Shown here: positions 13,011 to 25,400 of the stretch, piece by piece
Layout of the letters: each line of letters opens with the position of its first letter
Numbering within the stretch: position 1 is the first letter of the stretch
Assembly: GCA_010093605.1 (NCBI GenBank)
Contig: MU004188.1
Location: 1,615,673-1,679,672, forward strand
Length of the DNA: 64,000 bases
Direction of reading: 5' to 3'
Origin: Lophium mytilinum
Taxonomy: Eukaryota
Program-made: the position numbers and the translations under genes
Notes under the pieces: generated by a model
The model's database searches: none
The model's input: the letters and a program-made list of their open reading frames with translations, nothing else
What the model was told of the DNA's origin: nothing

Positions 13011-13098
13011 AGGGCGTACTCGGGATCGAACCGAGGACGTTAAGATGATAATTACGTGCAAACTGCAATCTCACACTCTACCACTGAGTTACACGCCC
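13011..13098 (-). tRNA. tRNA-Cys(GCA) with 16-nt canonical anticodon-loop intron
   Basis: Minus strand: GGGCGTG TA ACTC AGTGGTA GAGT G TGAGA TT GCA G [TTTGCACGTAATTATC] A TCTTA ACGTC CTCGG TTCGATC CCGAG TACGCCC T; all stems pair, 72 nt after intron removal, T-runs downstream. Confidence 0.95.
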
Positions 13099-14712
13099 AT
13101 ATAGACTTTGGCGGCTAAAATATACATATATAACTGCTATGTAAATTTCTAGTCAGCTTAGATATTCATGGTTCCGCTGAAAATATGGATTTTTGGACAG
13201 ATGAGCGGCCAACCAATCTTAAAAAGCATCCAAACTTAAAGAGGCTAGCCGAACACAACAGGTCAGCGGAATTCTGGCCGGCAAGCGAAATTATGCGGCT
13301 AGCCATTTCGTATGGCCACAGCTGTTCTCGAGAACCTAAAACGAGTACAGGACAAATTGCAGGCATACAAGTGTTAGCGACGTGCTAATTAGACTTCACA
13401 TGGGCATTTGCTGCTAACTCGCTTTCAAATCATGATGTACATGTAGGCAGTCATCAGGCCGGGCTTGACAAGAGACACCGCCCCGCCCACATGGAAAAGA
13501 ATTCAGTCCTTGTTTCTAAACGAGCAATCTATTCGTTATTATGAAGAAGTCTATCTAGAGGAACAGTCCTTTCAGGTTATATTCCCGAGCTGTGGCATGA
13601 ATATTCTAATTGTGGTAAAGATGATAAGGGGGTTCGCCGTAGCACCTCACTTTCAACAAGCTGATTATTACATCCATCGCACGAGTGTGGAGGACAGCAT
13701 CTCAGTTCTACTTCGTGACTCATATGCAAACAATATTGGGAGGCTCCCCATCTCGAGATGATAGCATTTTCTGGAGCGTTGAGTGATTGCGGAGGTGAAT
13801 TCAGGGCTAGTTCTTAGCAATAACTAGTAACCTTACGATGACGCGTCCAATCCTGACATTTCTCATCTGCTTCACAATAGCAATTCACCCCGGCTCTATT
13901 TTCGGTGGCCAACCGCAGCCCGGAGTGAATAGCGTTGACGGTAGTATTGTTCGAGCACGGACCGGGGATTTTCTATTGTTCTATTGAGACCCCTGTCTAG
14001 CGCCTCTTATTCACGACAGCAAGCGGCAAGGCGCAGGCATCCCAACCACCCAGTTTCGCAGCACATCGTCCTAGCAACGGATACAATTGGTCAGATGCGG
14101 CTGGTCCAGGCTCAATACCGCGTGTTTATTCTATTGCGTTTGTGCTATTGTGCCCTGAGTCAGTTGAGATCGGAATGCAGGACCGGGGCGGGGCGGGGCG
14201 GGCTAGGTGACACAGTGCAGCGGTGCGAGGGTCTGAATAGGCCGTGTCACACAACAATAGGATGGACAATAGCAAACGCATGCACGTGCGGTACCGTGGT
14301 TTCAGCGCCTGATGCTATTGTGCGCTGGATGAATAGGACGGGTGGTACTGTGTCATAATAAGAGCAGGGCGTAGGGCGTGTTTGTGTCAGCCTTCTTATT
14401 GTTATCAGCATCCGGCATCCCTCTCCTCTCAATCCGTTTCTCTGTCAATACCGTCCCTGCAAGACATTGTCTGAGCTGAGGCTATTGAGAGTGTTTGCAC
14501 AATCAAAACTATAATCTATCTGTCCATATTTATTTGCGATCTATACTTATATCTGTTCTCCATCTATTCCATTCTTCAAAAGATTTTGCGCACATATCAA
14601 ACCCTCCATCGAGTCTTCAAGCCTCAAGCCTCAAACCTCAATCCATACTCCGATAATCTACATCCATCAAATTTAACGACCACTCAACGACATCAGTCTG
14701 TCAGTCGCAAAC

Positions 14713-15329
14713 ATGTCAGCCACAACAGCAGCCCCACTTCGATCAACCACACCCACGACCCCTCCACCACCCGCCTACTCGCCAACAACTCCCCTCCCCC
14801 AACCCTCTACAAACCTCCCCTACACCGCCAATGCCAACTACACCTACAACCCATACAACCCGTTCGCTGGCGACGATTCCGATAGCGAAGACGACGACAC
14901 GACTGTCGTCATCAACGCCTCGACCCAGATACGCGGCTCCGGAAACGTGATCGCTATGCCCCTCATCGACGCGCCTCGTATCAGCGCCGCGTTATTCTCC
15001 GTCCTGAAATCACACAGCACGGGGAAGAGGGGTACCGTCAATGTGCAGATTCATTGCGGGGTCTCGATCATTGGGGAGAGGAACGTAGTGGGTTTGCAGG
15101 GCGTGGGGCTACGGCCAAAGGCTGCAGCGACCACTCCGGCTGCAGCGACGCCGCAGAAAGATGGGGAGAGGGAAAGCGAGGTTGTTGAGGAGGTGAGAAG
15201 TACGGCTGGGATGAAGAGGAAGGCTGATGAGGTATGTTTGTTCCTTGATTGAAGTGTGAAGGCCAATGCTAATGAGAGTAGGATATCACGCCTCCAGCCC
15301 CCAAAGTCATCAAGGTTGAGAGCGCATAG
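14713..15329 (+). CDS. Hypothetical low-complexity fungal protein (2 exons)
   Basis: ATG 14713, PPPAYSP motif, INASTQIRGSGNVI and CGVSIIGERNVVG segments; intron 15232-15281 (GTATGT...GCTAAT...TAG); stop 15327-15329. Confidence 0.75.
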
Positions 15330-16265
15330 CCGCTTCCAATCTTACACCAGCTTTCTATTGGGTGACATCGTATAAGGCGGATATGGCTGGACTGTTCCAT
15401 CAGATGTTTACCTTTGTTCGACTGGGATTGGGGGGAGGAATAATCAGATTGTTATTTGAACGATATGGTTGTGGGTTGTTTGCATCGAGTGTGTACCGGG
15501 GGGGATTAATCCAGAGTAGAACGTCATTTTCATCAGCGATTTCGACACGGTTGTGGGCTTATTTGGGAGGAGGGTGATGGAATCATTGAATGGAAAGCAG
15601 TTATCCTTATGAAGTATATGGAGTAATGGAACCGAATTATACATAACCTCAAACACCCTGATAAATTATGTGTGGTGCAAAATATGCTTAAACTCTTGAC
15701 ACAAGTAGGGGCGTTTACTACAAACCTATCGATGCGAGCAAAGACCACTGAAAGGAACCAAAGAAAAAGACGTGTCGTGTGCATTATCTGAAAAGAGCTG
15801 TTCTTCGGGGACGCACACAGTCATACTACAATAGTAATACGCATGAAGCTCGGCTGTGAAAGGTGAATTGAACGGTTATTCGAGAGCAGTACGGCGAGAC
15901 TAATGAACTTGAAGCTCAGTTACATAATATAAGTCGTCCCATTGTTCTTAAAGCAACGACACCTTCCGAAAGTTGATGAAGGGCTGCTGAGTGTTCTCGA
16001 GCCAAGTAACGCAAGATGTAAGAATGGCGCTTCACTAATCTTGGCTATGATGATAAGTCTACCGGCTCGACACAGAAGGCTTCATACGTATTTCTTTTGG
16101 GCGAATAGACGGACACTCGTAGAGCACAGATGTCTCGGGTGAAGTGGAGGAAAAACATAACTTGATATAATCGGAAAGATGAGTACACTCATGCTGAATT
16201 ATGGACGCACAGTAGAGATGCAAAAAGGCATCCTCCATCGCCAGTGAGATAGACGGTGAAAGCGC

Positions 16266-16272
16266 AAAAAAA
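16266..16272 (-). terminator. Oligo(dT) Pol III terminator of the tRNA-Asp gene
   Basis: T7 run on the minus strand about 20 nt after the discriminator base. Confidence 0.7.
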
Positions 16273-16292
16273 GAATCCAAGAGGATATTTTG

Positions 16293-16439
16293 CTCCCCAA
16301 CAGGGAATCGAACCCTGGCTGTGACATCCGTTAGCATGATTGATAATCAGGCAATGGCTGCGGTGGTTGCTTACTCTCCCGCGCTTGTAGAGCTGTGAGG
16401 CTTGACAAGCGGAAATCATGACCACTAGACCATTGAGGA
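16293..16439 (-). tRNA. tRNA-Asp(GTC) with two inserts: canonical tRNA intron (16402-16384) and spliceosomal-type intron in the variable loop (16374-16319)
   Basis: After removing both: TCCTCAA TG GTCT AGTGGTCA TGAT T TCCGC TTGTCAC GCGGG AGAC CAGGG TTCGATT CCCTG TTGGGGA G = 72 nt, with G73 discriminator and intact A and B boxes. Confidence 0.92.
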
Positions 16440-17273
16440 TGATTTGACGTAATCCGTCGTTGTTTGATGGAAGAATGCACGAAATTTTGTTTATATGTAG
16501 TATGGACGTTGCGGAACGTACGGATGCAGCAGGCTTCGTTTGTGAAGCGAGATAAGGACTCAGGCACATTGATTACGGCGACTCACGGAAGCACACCGGA
16601 CAGAAGCGGTTGTCTGATTGGATCTTGACGACCGTATTGGAAGTATGAATAAGAGATATACAGGAGAGAGGGTGCTCATTTTGGGCTTGTGAAGAGCGGG
16701 CCTACGGAAAATTACCATAACGGAAATTCAACGCTGGCATGCAGGTGGCGGGACGCGTTGTGGGCCGATGACCACATGCCTTCTTTATGCTGTCGAAATG
16801 AGCATAACTAAACTACAGCCTACCGTTCTGCGCAACGCCTGGAAAACATATGATGCTGGATCCTAGAAGCGACAATATTGATAGAATGTATCATGACTGT
16901 GTCTAGGTAGGGGTTTGAGAGCAGATTCTAGTGTCAATGCCATCAGGTAGAGACGTAGGCTGGCACTGTATGATAAACGAGTTCTAAACCGAGATTCAGA
17001 CGCCATTAACGTGACTTAAAGAGAGCCCAGGGGTGCTTCGATTGGGCGAGTGTTGTCCAGGTGGATTCGTGAATGAGAGTGAAAATTGAGGCCGATACTA
17101 GTCACGTGCTGACGCACAGACCATGCGCCTAAGTAAACTTCGGGAGCTCTACTGCCTCAAACAACTTTCTCCAAACACCACTCCACATATCTGACGACAA
17201 ACTCCGTTGGCGCACGCGCCCTCAGATTGCTCACCTTTCTCTACGAAAACCCTAACCTCCAGCAACCGCCACC

Positions 17274-19358
17274 ATGGAGGCCTCACGAGGACCCCCGCGG
17301 GTCAAGAACAAGGCCGCAGCACCCATCCAAATCAGCGCCGAGCAGCTTCTGCGCGAAGCTGTTGACCGACAAGAACCAGGCCTGCAAGCGCCGACGCAGC
17401 GGTTTGCCGACCTCGAGGAACTCCATGAATACCAAGGGCGAAAGAGGAAGGAGTTTGAGGACTATGTACGACGGAATCGGATAAATATGAACAATTGGAT
17501 GCGCTATGCACAATTCGAGTTGGAGCAAAAGGAGTTTCGAAGGGCCAGGTCCATCTTTGAGCGCGCGCTGGATGTGGATTATACGTCGGTGGTGCTATGG
17601 GTTCGGTACATCGAGAGCGAGATGAAGGAGAGGAACATCGCGCATGCCAGGAACGTACTTGATCGCGCTGTGTCCTTACTCCCGCGAGTGGACAAGCTGT
17701 GGTACAAGTATGTTTATATGGAAGAGACCCTAGGCAATGTTGCTGGATGTCGTCAGGTTTTCGAGCGATGGATGTCCTGGGAGCCTGAGCCAGCAGCATG
17801 GTCTGCATATATCAAGCTGGAGAGGAGATACAATGAGGTTGAGAGAGCCCGGCAATTGTTTCAAAGATTCACCACCGTTCATCCAGAGCCACAGAATTGG
17901 ATCAAGTGGGCACGTTTCGAGCAAGAGAATGGCACCAGCGATCTGGTTCGGGAGGTGTATGGCATGGCTATTGAGACCCTTGGAGACGACTTCATGGACG
18001 AGAAGCTGTTCATGAGCTACGCCAAATTCGAGGCAAGTCTAAAGGAATTAGAACGCGCGAGATCAATCTACAAGTTCGCTCTCGATCGGATGCCCCGTTC
18101 CAAATCAGTCAATCTGCACAAGGCCTACACCACGTTCGAGAAGCAGTTCGGCGATCGGGAGGGGGTGGAAGACGTCATTTTGTCCAAGCGGAGGGTGCAG
18201 TACGAGGAACAAGTCAAGGAGAACGGCAAGAACTACGATGCCTGGATTGATTATGCACGTTTAGAAGAGACTGCAGGGAACATCGACCGGGTTCGGGATG
18301 TCTACGAACGGGCTATTGCACAGATTCCACCCACCCAGGAGAAGCGGCATTGGAGGAGATACATCTACCTATGGCTGTTCTACGCGCTCTATGAGGAAAT
18401 GACGAGCAAGGATGTGGACCGAACGAGGCAGATATACCAGGAATGTCTCAAGCTTCTTCCGCATAAGAAGTTCACGTTTGCCAAGGTCTGGTTAATGGCG
18501 GCGCAATTTGAGATTCGCCAAGGTCAGCTCCAAGCCGCTCGGAAGACGCTGGGGAGGGCGATAGGGATGTGCCCGAAGGATAAGCTATTCAAAGGCTACA
18601 TTGAGCTCGAGCTCAAGCTTTTTGAGTTTGTAAGATGCCGGACGCTGTACGAGAAATACATTGAATGGAACCCCGCGAATTGCCAGGGATGGATAAAGTT
18701 TGCGGAACTAGAGCGCGGTCTCGATGACCTGGAAAGAACCAAGGCGATCTTCGAACTCGCTGTGGACCAACCACAACTGGACATGCCTGAATTGCTGTGG
18801 AAAGCCTACATCGACTTCGAGGAGGAGGAAGGCGAGTACGACGCCACGAGGCAGCTCTACGAGCGGCTGCTGCAGAAGACAGACCACGTCAAGGTCTGGA
18901 TCAGCTGGGCTCAGTTCGAGATTGGGGTACCTGATGACGAAGAAGAGGTGGACGAGGACGAGGAGAGGCCGGTCAGCGAGGAGGCGAAGGCGAGAGCACG
19001 GAAGATCTTTGAGCGGGCGTACAAGAGCATGAAGGAGAAGGATCTGAAGGAAGAGGTATGTTTCCCCTCCAAAGGTACTTTCACAGGGCACATGCTAACT
19101 GTCACACAGAGAGTCGCTCTACTCAACGCATGGAAGTCGTTCGAGACAACTCACGGAACGGCAGCCGACCTAGAGAAGGTAGACGCCCAAATGCCGCGCA
19201 AGGTCAAGAAGCGGAGGAAGTTGGACGACGACTCGTTCGAAGAATACATGGACTACGTGTTCCCGGCCGACGACGAGAGCGCGGCCAAGATGTCGAAGCT
19301 GCTGCAGATGGCGCACAAGTGGAAGCAGGAGCAGGCCGGCCAGAATGGTGGGTCGTAG
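17274..19358 (+). CDS. CLF1: Pre-mRNA splicing factor Clf1/crooked neck (HAT repeats)
   Basis: [24 protein letters not shown]-terminus, repeated W..Y..FE...G...RAR..FERA HAT units, EEYMDYVFP near the C-terminus; one intron 19056-19109. Confidence 0.97.
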   Translation: MEASRGPPRVKNKAAAPIQISAEQLLREAVDRQEPGLQAPTQRFADLEELHEYQGRKRKEFEDYVRRNRINMNNWMRYAQFELEQKEFRRARSIFERALDVDYTSVVLWVRYIESEMKERNIAHARNVLDRAVSLLPRVDKLWYKYVYMEETLGNVAGCRQVFERWMSWEPEPAAWSAYIKLERRYNEVERARQLFQRFTTVHPEPQNWIKWARFEQENGTSDLVREVYGMAIETLGDDFMDEKLFMSYAKFEASLKELERARSIYKFALDRMPRSKSVNLHKAYTTFEKQFGDREGVEDVILSKRRVQYEEQVKENGKNYDAWIDYARLEETAGNIDRVRDVYERAIAQIPPTQEKRHWRRYIYLWLFYALYEEMTSKDVDRTRQIYQECLKLLPHKKFTFAKVWLMAAQFEIRQGQLQAARKTLGRAIGMCPKDKLFKGYIELELKLFEFVRCRTLYEKYIEWNPANCQGWIKFAELERGLDDLERTKAIFELAVDQPQLDMPELLWKAYIDFEEEEGEYDATRQLYERLLQKTDHVKVWISWAQFEIGVPDDEEEVDEDEERPVSEEAKARARKIFERAYKSMKEKDLKEEVCFPSKGTFTGHMLTVTQRVALLNAWKSFETTHGTAADLEKVDAQMPRKVKKRRKLDDDSFEEYMDYVFPADDESAAKMSKLLQMAHKWKQEQAGQNGGS

Positions 19359-20635
19359 TGCTTGGTCACTGGCGTCAGGCTGGGACATGCCGGTATGAGT
19401 CTATTAATCTATTCAATCAATACCAATTGACGTCACTGCTCATGGACTCGCTACGGATGTTGATACATGCTCGCTTCCTTCTGCATCGAGCAAGATTGTC
19501 TTGAAGGAGGCTGTGAAGGATGCCGTAGAGGAAGGCTACTACACCCTCCTAGCGACCTTATCTGTTCCGAGATGCGTTGTCCCAGGATGATGGCTGTCGA
19601 CGAAACTCTACAGTCACCTGCAGTCTGAAAATAACCAGGTTGGGGTCTGACGTCGCGATTTGGCAAAAACGTGCATCAGTGACGGCGCTGGACAAAGGTA
19701 GATATAGCAAACCTTGCGGAACATAATACCGCTTCTGGACAACCAACACCAGCACCAGTCAGCCAGACGTGAGGGGCCTCCCGATAGTGATAGCGGCGAG
19801 TGCTGATAGTGCAAGCCTAACAGGGCGGGCCGGGAGTGGTGCAGCGTGTCCTGGGTGGCTGCAGATCGGGCCACCAACAGGCTGACAAGGACCCTGGAGA
19901 CCCAAAGCACTGGCACGGGCGTGCGGACGGAATGCCGGCGGCCAGGCACTCGCTGAGATCGAGTGTCTATTGGCGGCGGGCGCGATAACAGGCGGGCTGT
20001 TGGATATAAAAGAGCTGTGCTGCGCTGTTGCTGCAGACAAACGTCCAGCGCCCGCGGAGCCTCTGCAGGTTTCTTGTCGCCCTCACCGCCTCGAGCCTGG
20101 AACGCGACTCACTTCCCCTGCGTGTAGAAAGCTTCGTGGAGAAAAGCTGCCGGGTTTCCTTTGGCTCGTCGTTGCTGGGTCGGGCAGGGCTGGTGGGGCA
20201 ATCCGAAGAGCATTTTGCGGGACAGCGCGGGGCATCAGAGGCCGACTCGTAGGACACGGCGCTGCGACAACTGTCAGAAAAAAAGAAGGGCCCCGTTATC
20301 AGCCGCGTTGCAGACGGCGCGAGCACGACAGCCGCGAGACTCACCCACCGCGCAGGCCGTCATATCGCTGCACGCTGGTGATAGTCGCCCGTGTGGTGCA
20401 GTCCGACGTCCACCAAACAGCATATATCTGCCCTCCTCCTCCTCAGCCTGTGCCCCTCTTCACTCCCCGCCACCAGCCTCCCTCCTCTTCCTCTACCTTG
20501 GCCTCCTTTCCCGCCTCTACGTCTTCCACTTCTTCCTCTTTTTCTGCGACCCCGCCTCCCTCACACGGCCTGAACCCATAACCGCCTCTATCTCGCCAAT
20601 TGCGCGCCGGCTGCGCGTTACCCCCCTCCGCAAGC

Positions 20636-22448
20636 ATGGGAAAGCCAAAGGTGCTGCTGCTGGGAGCCATTGACCAGTACGTCCTCCCCCTCTCCCAGAA
20701 ACCTCTTCCGATGCCGGCCCAGGCCCCATCGTATGAGAACGAGAGCCTCTACAGCTCGCACCCCCATCCATCCCTCTACGCCGTATTGTTATGCGTTGTC
20801 ACACAATCCCCACCCATTCCTCCCCCCTACGAATTGCAGCGCCCAGTCTTACCAGGTTTCTTGCCATCATTGTAGCGCGCACGAATCATGGAACTCGCTT
20901 TCCTCGCTCGCCGATCTCGTGGCCCCCGAGGCCCGCAGCCGCGCCGACTTTCTGTCCGAGTGTGGTGCCGGGAAGTTTGACGGCGTGGTCGCGACGTACC
21001 GCACGTTCGCGAGTGTGGAAATAACGGGCGTGTTTGACGCAGAGCTGGTGAAGTTGCTGCCGGAGAGCTTGAAGTTCATCTGCCATAATGGTGAGTGGGT
21101 TTTTCCCGCGGAGTTGGGTTCCTGCATTCTCTTTCTTCTCCTGTCAGAGTCAATTGCGAAGCGTGGTGTGTTGTTGTGATTTGATTTGCCGAGTGCGTGC
21201 TCTGTGCCTGTGGCGGTTGGAGGAAGATTCACCCGGATTCCCCGGTATTTTCCCCCAGCACTTGGCGTGCAGGTGGGCCACTCAGAGGGCGAGTATTTGG
21301 GGGCCTGTTCGGGGGCTTGATTGGCGCGGAGTTGTGGGCCTGATTGGGCGGTTGCGTTGAATGTTCTGCTTGTTCTGCGTGTTCTCCTGAAAGTCAACAC
21401 CAGGTGTCTACTTCTTCTACCATTTGTATGGTTTCTTACACAATGGCTGCCAGGTGCCGGCTACGATCAAGTCGATGTCCATGCTTGCACGGAACGCGGT
21501 ATCAAGGTCTCCAACGTCCCCACCGCGGTGGACGATGCCACAGCCGACGTCAACATGTTCCTGATCCTCGGCGCGCTCCGGGGCTTCAACACGTCGATGC
21601 TTGCGTTGCGTGAGGGCAAATGGCGAGGGAATCCACCGCCACCTCTCGGCCACGATCCGGAGGGCAAGACGCTGGGAATATTGGGAATGGGCGGTATTGG
21701 CAGGAACCTCAAGAAGAAGGCCGACGCATTCGGCATGAAGGTCGTATACCACAATCGGAACAAGCTTAGCGAGGAGCTCGCCGGCGGAGCAGAATACGTT
21801 AGCTTCGAGACGTTGCTTGCCGACAGCGATGTCATCTCTCTCAATCTTCCCTTGAACGTAAGTTGTTTTCAGAGAGCACGAAGAAGCTTTGTGGGTGGGG
21901 TGGTACGATGTGCAGCTGTCCGCTCGCTTACGGTGATTCGTCGAGTCGCGGATGACTTGCAGCATCGTGAGACAGATCGTCAATGGGAGCGAAAGAAGAC
22001 TAACTTCTCGGCTAGAAAAACACGCGCCACATGATCTCCACGAAGGAATTCGAGAAGATGAAGAAGGGCGTCGTGATTGTCAACACGGCTCGTGGTGCCG
22101 TCATAGACGAGGATGCGCTGGTCAAGGCCCTCGATGCGGGTGTCGTGTGGTCGTGTGGCCTTGATGTCTACGAGGAGGAGCCGAAGGTGCATCCGGGCTT
22201 GGTGGCGAATCCGCATGTCATGCTGGTGCCGCATATGGGGACTTGGACCTACGAGGTGAGTTTGCTAGTCTCCTTTCCAAAGCGATGGAGTCGCTTGGCC
22301 GGCGACAAGAGAAAAAGCAAAAAAGAAAGACGCTGACCAATACCTACAGACCCAACTCGCCATGGAAGAGTGGAACATCGGAAACGTGCGCGCCGCTCTC
22401 GAGAAGGGCAAGATGAACAACGTCGTCCCCGAGCAAGCTGACGTTTGA
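20636..22448 (+). CDS. D-isomer-specific 2-hydroxyacid dehydrogenase (glyoxylate reductase-like), 5 exons
   Basis: MGKPKVLLLG..., ICHNGAGYDQ, GILGMGGIG (NAD binding), VNTARGAVIDE, GLDVYEEEP, PHMGT. Confidence 0.93.
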
Positions 22449-25400
22449 ACTTCCCTCATTCCCCATTGCGCCATCCCATCAATTTCCATACTTCAAGTAT
22501 TCCAATTTGCAAAACGCCTATTGCCGAAGCTAGGCTAGGCTGTGTTTAAACGGGCGGGCGGGCCACAAACTACGGAATGGAAAGGAAAAAAGCGGCTTTG
22601 CGATTGCGTACTGTGCTTTTTTTGCTACTGCCTACATGAGGGATCGGCCCTGGGAATGTTGCTGGGTTCCGACTACAAATGATTATGCATGACAGACGCA
22701 CCTGGGCCTTTCAGGGCTGGGCAAATCGGAGTCCAGGTAGCTTTTAGATAGAAGGGGATGAGAATAGGAAATAGATAGACTACACTGCCTAGTGTGCTTC
22801 AGACTTCGCTTGTGGCGATTGGCTTGCCGGTTTGATGTTTGAGATGGTAAGGGGACAGGGGGTTAATTTGGTGGGAGTGACAAGTCGCTGTGAGGTTTTT
22901 CGCCGTTCAGCCTTAGAAAGTCGCTCGCCTTTTCGACAAAGTTGCTTTTTCGCGTACGGGGGACCTAAATGACGCGTCCTGTCTCCGCTTATCTGATCGT
23001 GCCTTTTTGGCGTGGGGAGATCGGTGAGACAAAGTTGGGAAGCGCAGCAACACATTTAGCTACACCCACCTACCGTACCTGTCCTACTGCATGTACAAAT
23101 TCAGGCTAATATGTCAACTCGCGCGTTTTCTTCGGTACAGCACGTCCTCCCTGTCAGCCTCGTGTTTGACGAGCTGTCAATCCGTCAAAGTCAAATCAGC
23201 CCGGGTTCCTGCATGGCCGGCGTAACTGTCGGTCGGACTGGCAACTCGCGACAATGGCCTTCGTGGCTCTGAACAGGCAAGTATCCGAGCGTGGAGGCGG
23301 GTCGGGTCGATCATTTGGCGAACCAACAGGATGCCGCGGCGCGAGGGCGAGGTGTTTGCGGAGAAGGGAAGGGGGGAGACTTTCACAAGCAAAATTGGGT
23401 GAGTGAGGATGCGCGATTCAGGAGGTCGAAGGTGCTCGCTGGCTGGTGCCTAAGCCAAGTGCTGAACTAAATGATGAAGACATGGGCAGGCTGGAACGAT
23501 TTCCACGTGCTCGCGTTATTGTCCTATTTGAAGTGGCGGGGTTCTTGCCAGACATTCTAGTTTTCCAATTCACGGGATGCTGGGACTCGGGAGACGCGTT
23601 GCTCGCTTTCGGCTTACTCTCAGTAGGATAGGCTAGACGAGATGTGGTTGGCGGGTTCGTCTCGTGAAAAGACGCAAGCTGGACGTTTTCTAGAAGCTGT
23701 TCGTCCCGCAGTCGCCGCTTCAAGGTTCATCCCTGAGGAGCGTAGCGATGGCTGATCACTACGGATGTGCGTCGTGGATGGGCATTTCGTCTCGTCTCAA
23801 CTTCTCGCGCTCGCTCCAAGTCCGACGCTCATGCCCGTTTCAATCGCTACACGCCGAGCTTGCTCGAGATAATTCTGACGGGTCTTGACAACTCGTATGG
23901 TACAGATGCTGCTCGCATCCCCTTACTAACCTCACACAGTGACACCGAAGCCCCTGCCCGGACCGACGTGCCACGAGCGGTTCGGCTCGTTCTTCAGCTG
24001 GTAGTTTTGCCGTTTGCTACAGTTGTGGCCTGTATTACAGAGGTCCCGCGAGTGGTCAGTGTCACTGGCCAGGTTTCATGTGGGCCAGCTGTCAGTTGTC
24101 AATATCGTAGTACTGCCTTTACCCGTCTGTTTTGACAGTGACAGCTCCGGCGGAGCCAACCCCGTGTGGCACAGAACGTCCACATACATTCACCAAAGCT
24201 CTTAGCCTGCGTCTGGTATATCCGCCGTCGTCACCTCGAACAGCGGGTGCGTCAGTGGGTGCTTCTGCCTGCCACTCGTATACTCATCCCGCATGGTCTG
24301 ATACCTGATATCGAGACCTGCCTAGCCAGGAGTGATGAGGACTGGAAGCAGAAAGCGATACATCGGGGACGCGGTTGAACCGCGGCACGGAATCTCATGT
24401 AGGCTTCCGCTGTCAGCACATCCGCAATTTTGTGGTTGTGCAGAGCTGGAGGATGGCCGGCCCGCGAATTGCCTTTACCCTGCCCGCCACGCCCGCGCCC
24501 TGGTCCCGCTTCTATCGAGAAGCATGGGAGAGGGTTGGGATCGTTGGCCTGCTTGGGCCATGATCGGCAGCTGTGTTTGGTATGGTCGTGTTTAAGCGCA
24601 TCCTACCGAGTCCCAGGATGGAGTGAGAGAGGAATAGAGGGAGGCCCAGTGGCAAACCTGCATCGGCTCAACTTCATCGAAGCTATCACACAGATCCTAG
24701 GTAAACGGGCGTAAGCTTCTCGCTCACATCACTTGGTGGTCTCAACGCCACCGAGGACCACGGCTCTGTTGTTGGTGGAGAAACCCCGAACGCGAGGGGG
24801 CCGAGTTCACGTTTAGCTAGTCAGTATATCTGCGCGCTCAACGGCCAAATCTGGTGGCTGGCGCACGGCAATCTAACTGAGGCTTCGGCGCCAGGCCTGG
24901 GAGCACACCTGCGGGACCTTTTCGTGCTCCTGGCGTCTCGTCTCGCGTGCTGGCTGCTGTGTCGGAGTGGTCCTTTTGCCATCACCCACCCAGCGCCTTG
25001 AAACGCGTGCTGTGCGGAGGGACGAAGAGAGCGCCGGATGCCAGGTTCTGCAGTGGTGGGTAATATGGCCAAGGCTGAGAGCAGCCTGGCGACATGGCCG
25101 CGACATTCCACAACGGGCGGGCTACCGGCCGCTTGCACACGGGATGGAGCGCAAAGGCGATGGATGAGTGAGAGAGGTGCAGGATGACACCCTTGACACG
25201 CGTGCCCATGCGCCTGGCGAACAGTTCCACTCTGCCTCGTCGATAGGAACATGCTACATCGAGACTCGCCGCTCTGCTGGGCCGTAGAGGTCTCCCTAGC
25301 AGCCCCAGCACCACCCGGCACACGCAGGCTGAGATTGCGGCCTCTGGACGGCATCTGGCGCGGTGAGACCAGTGACGAGGTTTCGTCTGCGTGGATTCGG

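Noticed and set aside
16293..16439. Reading the tRNA-Asp locus as a pseudogene, a SINE or a single long tRNA intron
   Set aside because: The 9-nt middle exon CGCGGGAGA is needed to complete the anticodon stem, all stems and boxes are intact, and the second insert has precise GT/branch/AG ends; no SINE tail or target-site duplication is visible.
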